From NCBI GenBank assembly GCA_964016885.1, contig OZ024740.1, positions 75,826,001 to 75,890,000 of the forward strand: a DNA stretch of 64,000 bases, in the 5' to 3' direction. Positions 40,250 through 51,202 of this stretch are shown one piece after another; within the stretch, counting starts at the first letter, position 1; the number at the start of each line of letters is the position of its first letter. Both the position numbers and the translations under genes were made by a program. The notes under the pieces were generated by a model. The model ran no database searches and was not told the DNA's origin. It worked only from the letters and a program-made list of their open reading frames with translations. The DNA comes from Eledone cirrhosa (Eukaryota).

Positions 40250-40975
40250 TTGGGTACACAAAAGATGTAATGTGATAATGAGTAGATTAACAGGAAAGGA
40301 GAACATCTAGAAGATGCACAGGAGAAATTGAGAGGATGAGTGTTAATGATATAATCCTTTTCCAGTCACAGGAAGGATCCATAGACGTGGTTGATATCCT
40401 CTGCTATCTAGGTGACCTAATTAGCAGCAGAGGAGGGTGCGCAGAGAGTATAATAGCTAGAATAAGGATAGGATGGAAGAAGTTTAGAGAAGTGCTGACA
40501 ATAAAAGTTTCTCCCTACGTACAAAAGGAAGGCTTTATGACACCTGTATGCAGTGCGCGATGCTGCACGGTAGTGAAACATGGGCTGTGACTGCAGAGGA
40601 CATGTGTAGACTGGAGATAAATGAAGCAACAATGTTTCGTTGGATGTGCAATGTAAATGTGAGAGAAAGGCAGAGCTTCGATGAGCTGAGGGAGAAACTG
40701 AGTTTTAAACAGAATCCAAGATGGTGTGCAAAAGAGAAGAATTCATTGGTATGGACATGTGATGTGCATGGACAATGACCGATGGGTGAAGAAATGCCAG
40801 GAAATCCCAGTGAAAGGAAGCCACAGTAGAGGATAACCAAGAAAGACCTGGGCAGAGGTTGTGAGAGTGGACCTCAAATTGCTAAGACTGGAAGAGGAGA
40901 TGACGAAGGAATGTGACAAGTGGAGAGATGCCGTGCTGAGAAGGACCTGTCCAACCCATGCAAGCATGGAAAATC
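40250..40975 (+). mobile_element. Degenerate RTE 3' fragment
   Basis: [28 protein letters not shown]. Confidence 0.82.
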
Positions 40976-41324
40976 ATTATCTTCATCATCATCATTTAAC
41001 GTCCATCTTCCATGCTAGCATGGGTTAGATGGTTTTGTTCCATTTGATGTGGAAATGGTCGGGAGACCATGTCTCACTCGCACAGAAGCGTCTCTGGCAG
41101 GTTTTTTTATAGCTGGATGCCCTTCCTAACACCAACCACATTTACAGTGTGGACTGTTGTGTCATCGACACAGTGGACGGAACGGGAGAGGGAGGATGGG
41201 GTAGGGTATGGGAGCGGGGTGTACATTGGGTTAAGAGGTGTCTACTGACTGTAGGTTTGTATGCAATGGCAGTCGGGTCTTCTGGAAAAGCGGATGTAAA
41301 AATGATAATATATATATATATATA

Positions 41325-43290
41325 TTATCATCATCATTTTTATGACTGTTTTCCCATGCTTGTATGGGTTGGATGGGTCCTTTTCAGCACAACATCTCAC
41401 CACTCACTGCGTTCCTTCATCATCTCCTCTGTGGGTCACAGTAATTTGAGATCAGCTCTCACCAACCCTGCCCAGGTCTTTCTAGGTCTACCTCTACTGT
41501 GGCTTCTTTCCACTGGGATTTCCTGGCATTTCTTCACTCATTGGTCGTCATCCATGCGCATCACATGTTCAAACCAATGCAAACTGCTCTCCTGCACACC
41601 ACTTCATGTTTTTCTTAAACCAAGCTTCTCTTTCAGCTTGTTCAAGTTCTGTATTTCTCTCACACTTACATTGCACATCCAACGAAGCATGGTTGCTTCA
41701 TTTGTCTCCAGTTTAGGCATGTCCTCTACAGTTACAGCCCATATTTCACTACTATGCAGCATTGCATTTTGTACTCAGTCATTCTTTTGTATTTTGGGAG
41801 AAACGTTTTGTTGTCAACAGTGAGGGTAGCTCTCTAAACATCCTATCCTTATTCTAGCTATTATGCTCTCAAAGCACCCTCCTCCACTGTAATTAAGTCA
41901 CCTAGATAGCAGAAGCTATCAACCACTTCTATGGACACATCATAAGACTGGAAAAGGTTTACATCACTGATGCTCTTCTTCTCAATTACCTCTGTACACC
42001 TACATATGAAGTCTTCCCTTCCTGTTAGTCTGCCTGTTATCCCATTACATCCTTTGTGTACCCAAGATTTACTTTGTGCACATCTTATTATAGAGTTTAT
42101 GCCTACTCTTTTTCTACCTATTGAGCAGGGCCGCTTCCCTGAGGGAATAAGGGTTCTATCTTCTTTCCTACTTACTTGCACTTTAGTTTTGGCTAAGTTT
42201 ATACTCTGACCTTTTGCTTCTAAATTCTGTTTCCATTGTCGGAACTTATTCATTAGCCACAAGTCTCATCAGTAGTTCACAAAAAGTTGTCATGTAAGCA
42301 TTTCCAGTTGTCCTCTATACTATATGTACCTAGTTCTTCGCCCCTTATCAAATGCATACTATCTTTTCTAAACCTATATTTAACTTAAAGGTCCTTTAGC
42401 TTTGAAACCCTCCATCTCCATATTTTCCTGCGAATCTTATTCTGCCTTGCATTTATTTTGATGTCACTAATAACTAACTTGTTTTGGGCAGTGCATTCTT
42501 CTCGAGGGAAGGCCTTAGTGTTTATTACAGTCTGTTTATCTCATTGTTTTACAAGTAAGTAATCAATTTGGCTTGTGTGTTTGCCTGATTGTTTTGCAAT
42601 CTGGTGGCTGACTGGTTTCCTAAAATTTGTATTGCAAATGGTTAGTTCATTTGCATAACAGAATTCCAGGAGACTCACTCTCTCTTCATTTCTTGTGCCA
42701 TAACCATAGCCACCGTGAACTCCACCGAATCTGTCCTAGTCTTCCCCTACATGTCCATTGAAGTTGTCTGCCACAATGATGAGGTATTTTTCATCAGTAC
42801 CTGAAGGTGTATGTAAAATTTCCTCATAGAACCTGTCTTTCTGGTCTTTACTTAGTCCTGTCTGTGGAGCATAAGTAGATGTAATTGTCACCATTCTATT
42901 TTCAACATCTATTCTAAGCTTGATAATTCTGTCACTTACTCTAACTTATCTATCCCTTACCCTCTGTCACTTACCTCTATCACCTTATCTATCCATTTCT
43001 CAGCTAGTAAGATGCCTACATTGCCTACTTCATTGTAATTTTCTACCCAGTAGAGTTTATATCTCTGTTGTTTGCCTGTGAGTAGTTTTGCTGAGCAACC
43101 CCCCCGCCCCATCCCATCTCTCCTTTTGTACACAGCATACATCCACTTCTCTCCTCTCTAACAGCTCCACAATTTTGCCTGATGTACTTTTCAGGGTACC
43201 AACATTAAGGGTGGTAGTCATGAAATTTGTACCTTGACAGTTGTTGCTTCCTTGGGTAGAAGTTTTATGCACCTGAAAGGGAAGGTGGAG
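41325..43290 (-). mobile_element. Degenerate, internally deleted RTE (APE endonuclease remnant plus PHD/RT 3' part)
   Basis: TLNVGTLK..ERREVDVCCVQ; YKLYWV..VGILLAEKW; [20 protein letters not shown]. Confidence 0.8.
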
Positions 43291-43372
43291 GGAATATATT
43301 TTGCACGTGAGACTGGAGATAAGTGTAAATGTGCATCTTGATAATTTATTGTTGATAATTCTTGCATTTTAG

Positions 43373-43423
43373 GAATTGAACGTCCTCATGAGTTGTTAAG
43401 CAATACTCAAAAAGCAAGCTACG
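43373..43423 (+). CDS. GH35 exon (GIERPHELLSNTQKASY)
   Basis: tttag|...|gtaagt; phase 1-1, fits the K..YG linker. Confidence 0.8.
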
Positions 43424-43782
43424 GTAAGTTAATTCTGATGTTTCATTAAAATCGTCTATTTTCCTGAAACTCTTTTGAATCAGCCCGAAAAGCACTACAT
43501 ACTACCCTTTGACTTAAATGTCTAAAGATCAAAGATGATTGGATGTAAATAACATTATATAATTTTTTAGACTATTAATACTCATCATCTATTGTAGTCT
43601 CTCTTTCTCCCTCTTTTCTGTTTAGTTAGGGAAGGACGGACAGTGCTCATGAGTCTTTTCAGAAACTTCTTGACTGGTGGGAGGGGAGGAGGGAGGTACT
43701 CTCAAACAGGATGCTTGGTGTTCAAATACTTGAAACAAAATAGATATGGAACATTTTGTGCATGCAGTTCAGGTGGAAGCTA

Positions 43783-44001
43783 TTAACCCTTTAACATTTA
43801 CATTACTCTATATTTGTTATTGTATTTTCACAGTAAACATTTTATTTCACATAATTATCTCACATAATATCGAATCTATACGATTTTTATACTATTTATT
43901 TTGAGAACAATACCTTAACATAAGTATAAGCAGCCAGTTTGAACAGAAAGAGGTGAGAGAATTCTGGCCGGATATGGCTGGTTTAAATGCAAAAGGGTTG
44001 A
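43783..44001. mobile_element. piggyBac-like MITE
   Basis: TTAACCCTTTAACATTTA...TAAATGCAAAAGGGTTGA. Confidence 0.72.
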
Positions 44002-44435
44002 ACCTCTTAGTGTGCCTGCTATGAGCATTCCAGTCAAGTTGGCAGAATGACATCTCTGTAAGCTTTCAACTAAATATCCAGAGGGAACAGCCAATGGAAT
44101 GAACCTCAGTACTTGAATATTATTTTATTAACCTAAGAGGATGAAAGACAAAGTTCTCAGTGGGACTTGAACTTGGAGTGTAAAGGGAAATAACCACATA
44201 TTGTAAGTCATATTTCCTGGTATTGAATTTTAACTTGAAAATTAAACCAAAAAATATAGATATAAAAATAAGATCTTGGCACTTTCAGGTACTTTAATCA
44301 AATACTTGTCTTCTAGAAAAGATTGTTAATTTGCAAGATTTATTTTTGGAAAAAAAAAGGAAATATGTTAATTAATATCATGAGCGTCTGTTTGTATATT
44401 ATACTAAGTTGTTTCATTATTTTTGTCTATTTCAG

Positions 44436-44503
44436 GCACATTGACAGTTTCAAGTTACCTAGCATTCAAAGATATACTAGACATTACCACTGAAATAAAA
44501 CTG
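44436..44503 (+). CDS. GH35 exon (GTLTVSSYLAFKDILDITTEIKL)
   Basis: ttcag|...|gtaaat; phase 1-0, bridges the neighbouring exons. Confidence 0.78.
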
Positions 44504-45064
44504 GTAAATTATTCATTTCTTTAGTTTTACTAAATAGATAAGTTTAAGGATACATGCATGGATATAATGTAGCTAGAACTGGGCAGGTCTTGAATTTGCC
44601 CCTACCAGTGAAAATCACATTGCAATCAGCCAAACATACAACCTTTTCAGAAGTGCCACACAAGACAAACTGTCTACCTCCTTTTGCATCCATGTTTGTG
44701 AAAGTGGAATGTGCTTTTTATCCATTTGTGGGTATAAATAAATAAATATTTATATATTGGTACCACAAAACATCCAGCCCACACTGTAAAGTGGTCGTGT
44801 AGGTGTCACGACAAAAAGCACCCACTCCACACTGTAAAGTGGTTGTGTAGGAGACATGGCAAAAAGCACCCAGCACACACTGCAAATGTGGTTGGCATTA
44901 GGAAGGGCATCCAGCCATAGAAAACCAACCAGAAACAGTCCTATACGAGCGAGAGATGGTCTCCCGACCCAACTTCGCTCAAATGGGACAAACCCATCTA
45001 ACCCATGCTAGTGTGGAAGATAGACATTAAGTGAAGATGATGATGATGATATATATATATATAT

Positions 45065-46140
45065 ATAGTTTGGTATATTCATACAGAATCTAACCACACC
45101 CCTATAGTTTTTAAAAATTTCATTAATAATATCAACAAGAAGATATCCAAGCTCACTTCTAGCAAAGCTATCTTTGATAGAGTGGCCCCCTACCACAACT
45201 CAGCCCTAAGCAACAATGGCTTCTCTAAGAGAATCTCTTACTCTCTAGATCAGTGCTTCTCAAACTATCTGATGTGGCGGACCGGCATTTTTTTTTTCAA
45301 TGTGCCACGTACCGCTAATATTTCGTAGTAATATTAATTTATACCGGAAACGATATATATAATGAATATAATAATAGTTGACCATTTTTTTATCTTCAAT
45401 TTATTTTGTAAACAAATAATACAATATCAAAACATATAAAAAAAGTAATAATAAAAAAATTCCTCAAATGATTCCTTAGCATGGGCTGGACACTGGCCGC
45501 GTACCGGTAGCTGATGGCTCGCATACCGGCACCGGTCCGCGGACCACCACTTTGAGTAGCACTGCTCAAGATCACCGCCCTCTATTTAGAAAGAAAAAAA
45601 TCGAGACATAAAACCATAGTATGGTTCATGTCACTCTTTGCACTCAATGTTAAGACTAATGTAGGTAGAAAATCCTTAGCACTCTTAGATTCATACTTCC
45701 CTGTAGGCCATAAATACTGGTATTTAAGTATTTAACCACCACACAGTGAAAATACTCTACTCTTGTACTAAAAGCATGTAATCCTACATCACTAACAAAC
45801 AGAAAAGCCTTCCACCTTGCAGGTGCTCATGCAGAAAGCCAGAGGTATGCCCCCAGGACTACCACTGCAACACTCCAGCAGTGATATATGAAGCAGATGT
45901 GACTTCCACCAAGCAGAAGCCTGGACTTATGTAGTAATGTCAGACATTCTGACAAAAAAACATACCACTCAGCTCATGAACCAAATGGGGGATACTGGAA
46001 AGATCCATCTCCTACATCAATTTTGTCAGCTGTGTAGCGCCTGAAAAGTGAAATATACTCCCACAACTGTCTTCAAGGAAATGCTGCTTAAATATGCTTC
46101 AATTGTTATCACGAATCAAAATTTGTTCTGAAAAAATAGT
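45065..46140 (+). pseudogene. Decayed Naiad PLE (thumb + GIY-YIG), interrupted by a hAT MITE
   Basis: INNINKKISKLTSSKAIFDRVAPYHNSALSNNGF; IVWF..NVKTNVGRK..YFPVGHKY; CSCRKPEVCP..C..PAVIYEADVT; collinear with the Naiad ORF at 2634. Confidence 0.78.
45251..45564. mobile_element. hAT/Charlie-type MITE
   Basis: TIRs CAGTGCTTCTCAAA / TTTGAGTAGCACTG; 8-bp TSD CTCTAGAT / CTCAAGAT. Confidence 0.88.
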
Positions 46141-46256
46141 CTTGACCATAATTTTTTAGACTTTTCAATTTAGCCCTTGGCTTCTTGTGAAACAAGTTGT
46201 CTACTTTGTTTTTTTATATAGAGTTATCTCCCTTCTCATTTACAAAATTTAAGGTA

Positions 46257-46576
46257 TAGTGGAACTTTGGTTCACCAACTTAATTCGTTCCTGAAGGCCG
46301 TTTGTCACCCGAAATGTTCGTAAACTGAAATTATTTTTCCCATACGAAATGTTAATAGAGAAATACAGTAAGAGAGAGACTGTGTAAGAGACAGATAGAT
46401 ATCCCCATAGTAATTAACTACATAGCAAGTGATGCTTTCCCACCAATACTCCAAGTTTGTTGCCCACTTGTTACTTGAGACATTGTTTGTGAACTGAGAC
46501 ATTTTATCTTCGGAAAAATTATTAAGGAACCGATTTTTTTCGTGATATGAAGCGTTTTTGTGCCAAGGTTCCACTG
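46257..46576. mobile_element. Tigger/pogo-like MITE
   Basis: TA-TAGTGGAACTTTGG ... CCAAGGTTCCACTG-TA. Confidence 0.75.
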
Positions 46577-46932
46577 TATTTGTTTAATTATAGGATAACT
46601 TTGAGATTACTTGCCCTTAGAACCCTCCTATACTTTCTAAAATTTCCACAGATGGAAACCATTTGTTTTACTATGACAGGCTGAATGGGTTGGGAAAAAC
46701 AACCCAACGAAATTTAATTACCTGTATATGTCACTGTTGCTATACATTGTTAATAAGAGTATATAGCCACGTTTGGATGTAAAACTTTTGAACAGCACCA
46801 CATCTATACTTAATACACTTCTATCACATTAACATATACATCTTTCTCACTGTTTTTTTTGAAATTTTTGTCCTTCATAGGATCATTTTTGTATTGGATG
46901 TTCCTATTGTGTTTCTCTTGGTGAATTAATAG

Positions 46933-47007
46933 CAAACATTTTAATGAAGTCTGATGAAACCTGTCATTAAACACAGGCAGAAATGGCTGCCAGTTTAAAA
47001 ATGTTTT
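46933..47007 (+). ncRNA. Degenerate hammerhead-like motif
   Basis: CTGATGA-aa-CCTGT..ACAGG-ca-GAAA-TGGCTGCCA-GT; distal stem AAACATTTT/AAAATGTTT; the core junction is imperfect. Confidence 0.4.
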
Positions 47008-47310
47008 AATCTTTGGTGTCATTTAAATTTTAATGTATGTATATATATATATATATATAACAGGTATATATTAATATACATATATAGAGAGAGGGTCTGC
47101 AGAGCTGAGACCGAGGAGACCATTAATCTACTAATCATAGGAGTACTCAATGCATGGGGTGATGTGGAGTGGGTATAGAGATATATAAAAATCCATGACA
47201 TAGGCCAAAACTACTTGGTGCTGCAGTTGGGATTTTTTTACATATCGCTCTCTCTATATATAGATATATATAAGCAAAGGGATATGTCAATATTTATAAA
47301 ACAAACTTTG

Positions 47311-47371
47311 TATTTTATCTGATGAGAGCGTACCAAAGTTTTGGTACCCTTGAAATATATATAATAGAATA
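47311..47371 (+). ncRNA. Type I minimal hammerhead ribozyme
   Basis: TATTTTAT-CTGATGA-GAGcGTACCAAA-gt-TTTGGTACcCTT-GAAA-TATAT-ATA^ATAGAATA; 8-bp stem I; palindromic stem III; overlapping AATAAA. Confidence 0.78.
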
Positions 47372-47586
47372 AATATGGTTTTATAAATATAATTTCCATT
47401 TATTTATATCATTGATATAAATATATATATATATGTGTGTGTGTGTGTGGTTGATGGCTGAGAGAAAAGTGTACTCAATACTGAAGTAGAGCTTTAATAT
47501 TCATTTATGAAGGCTAAATAGTGAGTCTGTATAAACAGGTGAAACTCCAGTGTTTGAAGTTTGCTTGAAGCATTGTGGAATAATAG

Positions 47587-48153
47587 GTAAATATCTTTAA
47601 GTCGTTTGGAAGCCTCGACAATGCAAATGGGTAAATCTCCGGGTAACAAGATCCGGTGGTGGAGAGAGAGATGTAAGTGGGTGTACGTTGAGATGCGTGG
47701 TGTGTATAAGACGTGTAGAGGAACGAAGGAAAGAGTATAAAGGATACCCCCACTCCCACATTCGGCCGCTGACCTCTGCCCGACCGACCCCATTCCACGC
47801 GCATGCGTGCTCTGCTGAATACCTCAGATATTCAAAACAACAAACAGCGGAGGACGCGTTTCACACCTTTCCGACAGACAACCTTTCTCCCAGCCCAGGA
47901 AAAAAAACCCAGTTGATGGATGTGAATCCGAAATATATAGGGACAATTAAATCTCTCCCAAGGTAACTCTCTCTCGTGTTGTTATTTTTATTTTATCCTT
48001 TATACTCTTTCCTTCATTCCTCTACACGTCTTATACACACCACGCATCTCAACGTACACCCACTTACATCTCTCTCTCCACCACCGGATCTTGTTACCCG
48101 GAGATTTACCCATTTGCATTGTCGAGGCTTCCAAACGACTTAAAGATATTTAC
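47587..48153. repeat. 160-bp inverted repeat (47587-47746 / 47994-48153), probably a PLE inverted pseudo-LTR
   Basis: Arms are reverse-complementary with one visible mismatch; 247-bp spacer. Confidence 0.9.
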
Positions 48154-48184
<31 letters not shown>

Positions 48185-48239
48185 CATATAATACAACAGA
48201 GTTTTCATTTTGAATTATTTTTGTTTTTTAATTACACAG

Positions 48240-48386
48240 TCTTCATTTGACACCAAAATGGAGTTTATGGAATTACTGAACATCTACAACAATGCTGGCC
48301 AGAGTTATGGTTATATTCTCTATGAAAAAACGTTTCCAAAAGTGAAGACATTAAAGATTGGTCATGCTGTTGCTGACCGAGCACAT
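48240..48386 (+). CDS. GH35 exon (SSFDTKMEFMELLNIYNNAGQSYGYILYEKT...VADRAH)
   Basis: cag|...|gtgagt; ME.L....GQSYGYILY and DRA motifs; phase 0-0. Confidence 0.93.
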
Positions 48387-49051
48387 GTGAGTAAAAACCC
48401 TTTTGCAATACTGTGTACCCTGTGTATTCTGTAGACTTACGAAAGAAGTAGGCAGATCACATGTAAGCCCTTGTATGTGGAAGATAAATAGGAGTAATCA
48501 AAATTAAGGGTACTCAAGAAATATACTCTCCTAAATGTTCAGAAGGATCATTGGAAGTGGTAAAAGCCTTTTAAGTGGTGAATGTTTCATCGACTTTTAC
48601 TGCTATGTTTAAATCATAGGCAAAGAATTGACAGAGTCACTAGAGTATATGACAAATTGTTTTGTAGAATTTGTTCTGTCTTTCTGTACTCTTAGTTAAC
48701 GTCCTGTCATGGTCAGCTTTGCACGTCATTCTTTCAAGTTTGATAAAATAAAGTACCCATCCAGAGTAGTAGATTGGCAGAATTGTGAGAGTATCAGACA
48801 AGATACTCTGTGGTCTGAGTCCTTGGGTGATTGACTTCATTCATCACCTGGTTTAACACCACTGGGCCCTTTGTGTGCCTTTATCAGATTTCACTCTGTT
48901 GCCAGCATTTTCACTAAGTCTCTGACTTGAGAATAGCTTATTCCCTTTCATCGCTTTTGGATACCCTCCAGAAATAACAAGTTATAGGTGCTACCCTCTG
49001 CCTTCGCTGTCTAAATGGTAAACAAGAAAAAATATTTTTTCTTATAGATCT

Positions 49052-50050
49052 CATCATCATCATCATCATCGTTTAACGTCGATCTTCCACGCTTGCATGG
49101 GTTTGGACGGGAGGTTTCCCACTTGAGGCAAGATTTGTTGTCTGGCGGGTTTTCTACAGCTGGATGTGTAGCGCCAAAGATCTCGGTCCAGTGACATTGT
49201 CTTGGAGAGGTGTAAGTGTGTGAGGTCGGAATTTATCAAGTCGTCCCAAGTTTTTCTGGGTCTGCCTACTCCGTGGCTACCGTCTATTTTTATCGCCCTG
49301 CACTTTTTTATACAGCTGTCGTCTTTCATGTGCATCACGTGACCGTACCAACGCAGTCTTCTCTCGAGTAAACAACATCTGATCCCTCTTATCTCTAATT
49401 TTTTCCTTAGTTCGTTTATGCTTTGCCATTCACGTATATTACTGTTACACATCCAGCGGAGCATGCAAGCTTCATTTCTCTCCAGTCTGCGTATATCCTC
49501 TGCACACAATGCCCAGGTCTCACTGCCATGTAACATTGCTGTTCGTATGCAGGCATCATACAGCCTGCCTTTCATTTTTAGAGAGAACCCTTTAGCGGCC
49601 AATAGTGGCTTTTTCTGAACTTTTTCCATCCCGTTCTGACTCTAGCTACTGTACTTTCAGAGCACCCTCCCCCACTGCTGATTTTGTCACCCAGGTAACG
49701 GAAGGTGTCCACTATTTCTATAGTACCATCTGTGCAATGGAATGAGCTAGTATTCTGTGGGCACTTGCTGCTACTTATTGCGCCAGAGCACCGGCCACAT
49801 ATAAAATCTATATTCTTAGTTAGCTTACCTGTGATCTCACTACATCTTTTATGCACCCATACTTTGCATTTGGGACATAAAATGGAGTTTCTGCCTACTC
49901 CTTTCCTACACACTGAGCATGGCCATTTCCCAGATGGGACTGGTGCCCTATTTTCCTTCCTACAAACTAGAACTTTAGTCTTAGACAAGTTAACTTTAAG
50001 GCCTTTTGATTCTAGGCCGTGCTTCCATGTTTGGAATTTCTTCTCTGTAG
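49052..50050 (-). mobile_element. RTE (PHD family) 3' fragment, frameshifted
   Basis: [33 protein letters not shown]; TFRYLGD; RRLRWYGH; (GAT)n tail. Confidence 0.9.
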
Positions 50051-50201
50051 ATTGCAATGAGAAACCACCAAAACCTGTTGTCTCTTGAATTACTTCATGG
50101 AGATGAACCATTCAATCCTGTAAAATGGCTTAAGTAGTCTTAAATTTTTATCACACTATTTCTGTATAAACTCCATTGTTTTAATTGTTTTATATTTTTA
50201 G

Positions 50202-50273
50202 ATATTACTGAACCATCAGGTTATGTTTACATTTAATTGGACTGTTGCCAATCCCCAGTTTTCCCTTCCTAAT
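50202..50273 (+). CDS. GH35 exon (ILLNHQVMFTFNWTVANPQFSLPN), last one found in the window
   Basis: tttag|...|gtaagt; phase 0-0; follows DRAH as expected (V/I.LN). Confidence 0.8.
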
Positions 50274-50729
50274 GTAAGTACACTATTTATTTGTATTCTT
50301 TTTCTTTGAATTTCTGAGATGAGGAATTATTATTATTAACTAATTTATTCAGACTTATGTCCTCACTTTTTTTGTAATAGTAACAACATTTTGACTTTTG
50401 TTTCTGGTCATTCAAAAACCACTTCACAGAGTGCATCTTATTGTAGCACAAATACAAGAGGGATTTTCTTTGTTCACAGCTAGAGTAAATGGTCTTCTCC
50501 ATGCTATGTTGTCTCTGTTTGTTCATCAACTACTTTACAATGTGTATAAAGGTTGTCTTTAGAAGAAGAAATAGTTCTTTCTATTCTACTTGTCTCTGTT
50601 TGTTCAAGGCTACATTATTTAAGGGGGTAAATGGAAGCGAGTGGTGAAGGAAAGAACCAAGGCAAGAGGGTGATCAGATAGTAGTGTATGATTTAAAGGT
50701 AATTTGACTGCTATTTCTACCTGGTCGAA

Positions 50730-50970
50730 TTACCCTGGTTTCATGGCGTAAAGCAATTGAGAGTACAAGACTTCCCCGTGGACAGGACACCAGTCCATTG
50801 CAGGGATAACCGCCCCAGCTATTGCTGGAACTCATTTTCAGCTGAGTATACTGGAGCAATGTGAAATGAAGTGTTTTGCTCAAGAACACAACACGCAACC
50901 CAGGAATTGGACCCATGACGTTATGATCGTAAGTCCAACACCCTTACCACTAGGCCATGTGCCTCCACTG
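50730..50970 (-). mobile_element. tRNA-headed SINE
   Basis: Minus strand: A-box TGGCCTAGTGG, B-box-like GGTCCAATTCC, body gtgttcttgagcaaaacact..gatggactgg-like. Confidence 0.75.
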
Positions 50971-51168
50971 CACACACACACATACACACACACACATATA
51001 TATATATATAAATGAAAGTACAGCATATTCGAAGCTCGAGCCGCAGCTAAGTCACTCGACAAGGTATAAACCTTGCAAATTGAAGATAGCGACCGGTAAT
51101 TCAGCCGTGGGGTCTGTAGCAACGAAAGAACTGACTCGGGGGGGGAAAAAAAATACATACACATATAC

Positions 51169-51201
<33 letters not shown>

Positions 51202-51202
51202 C

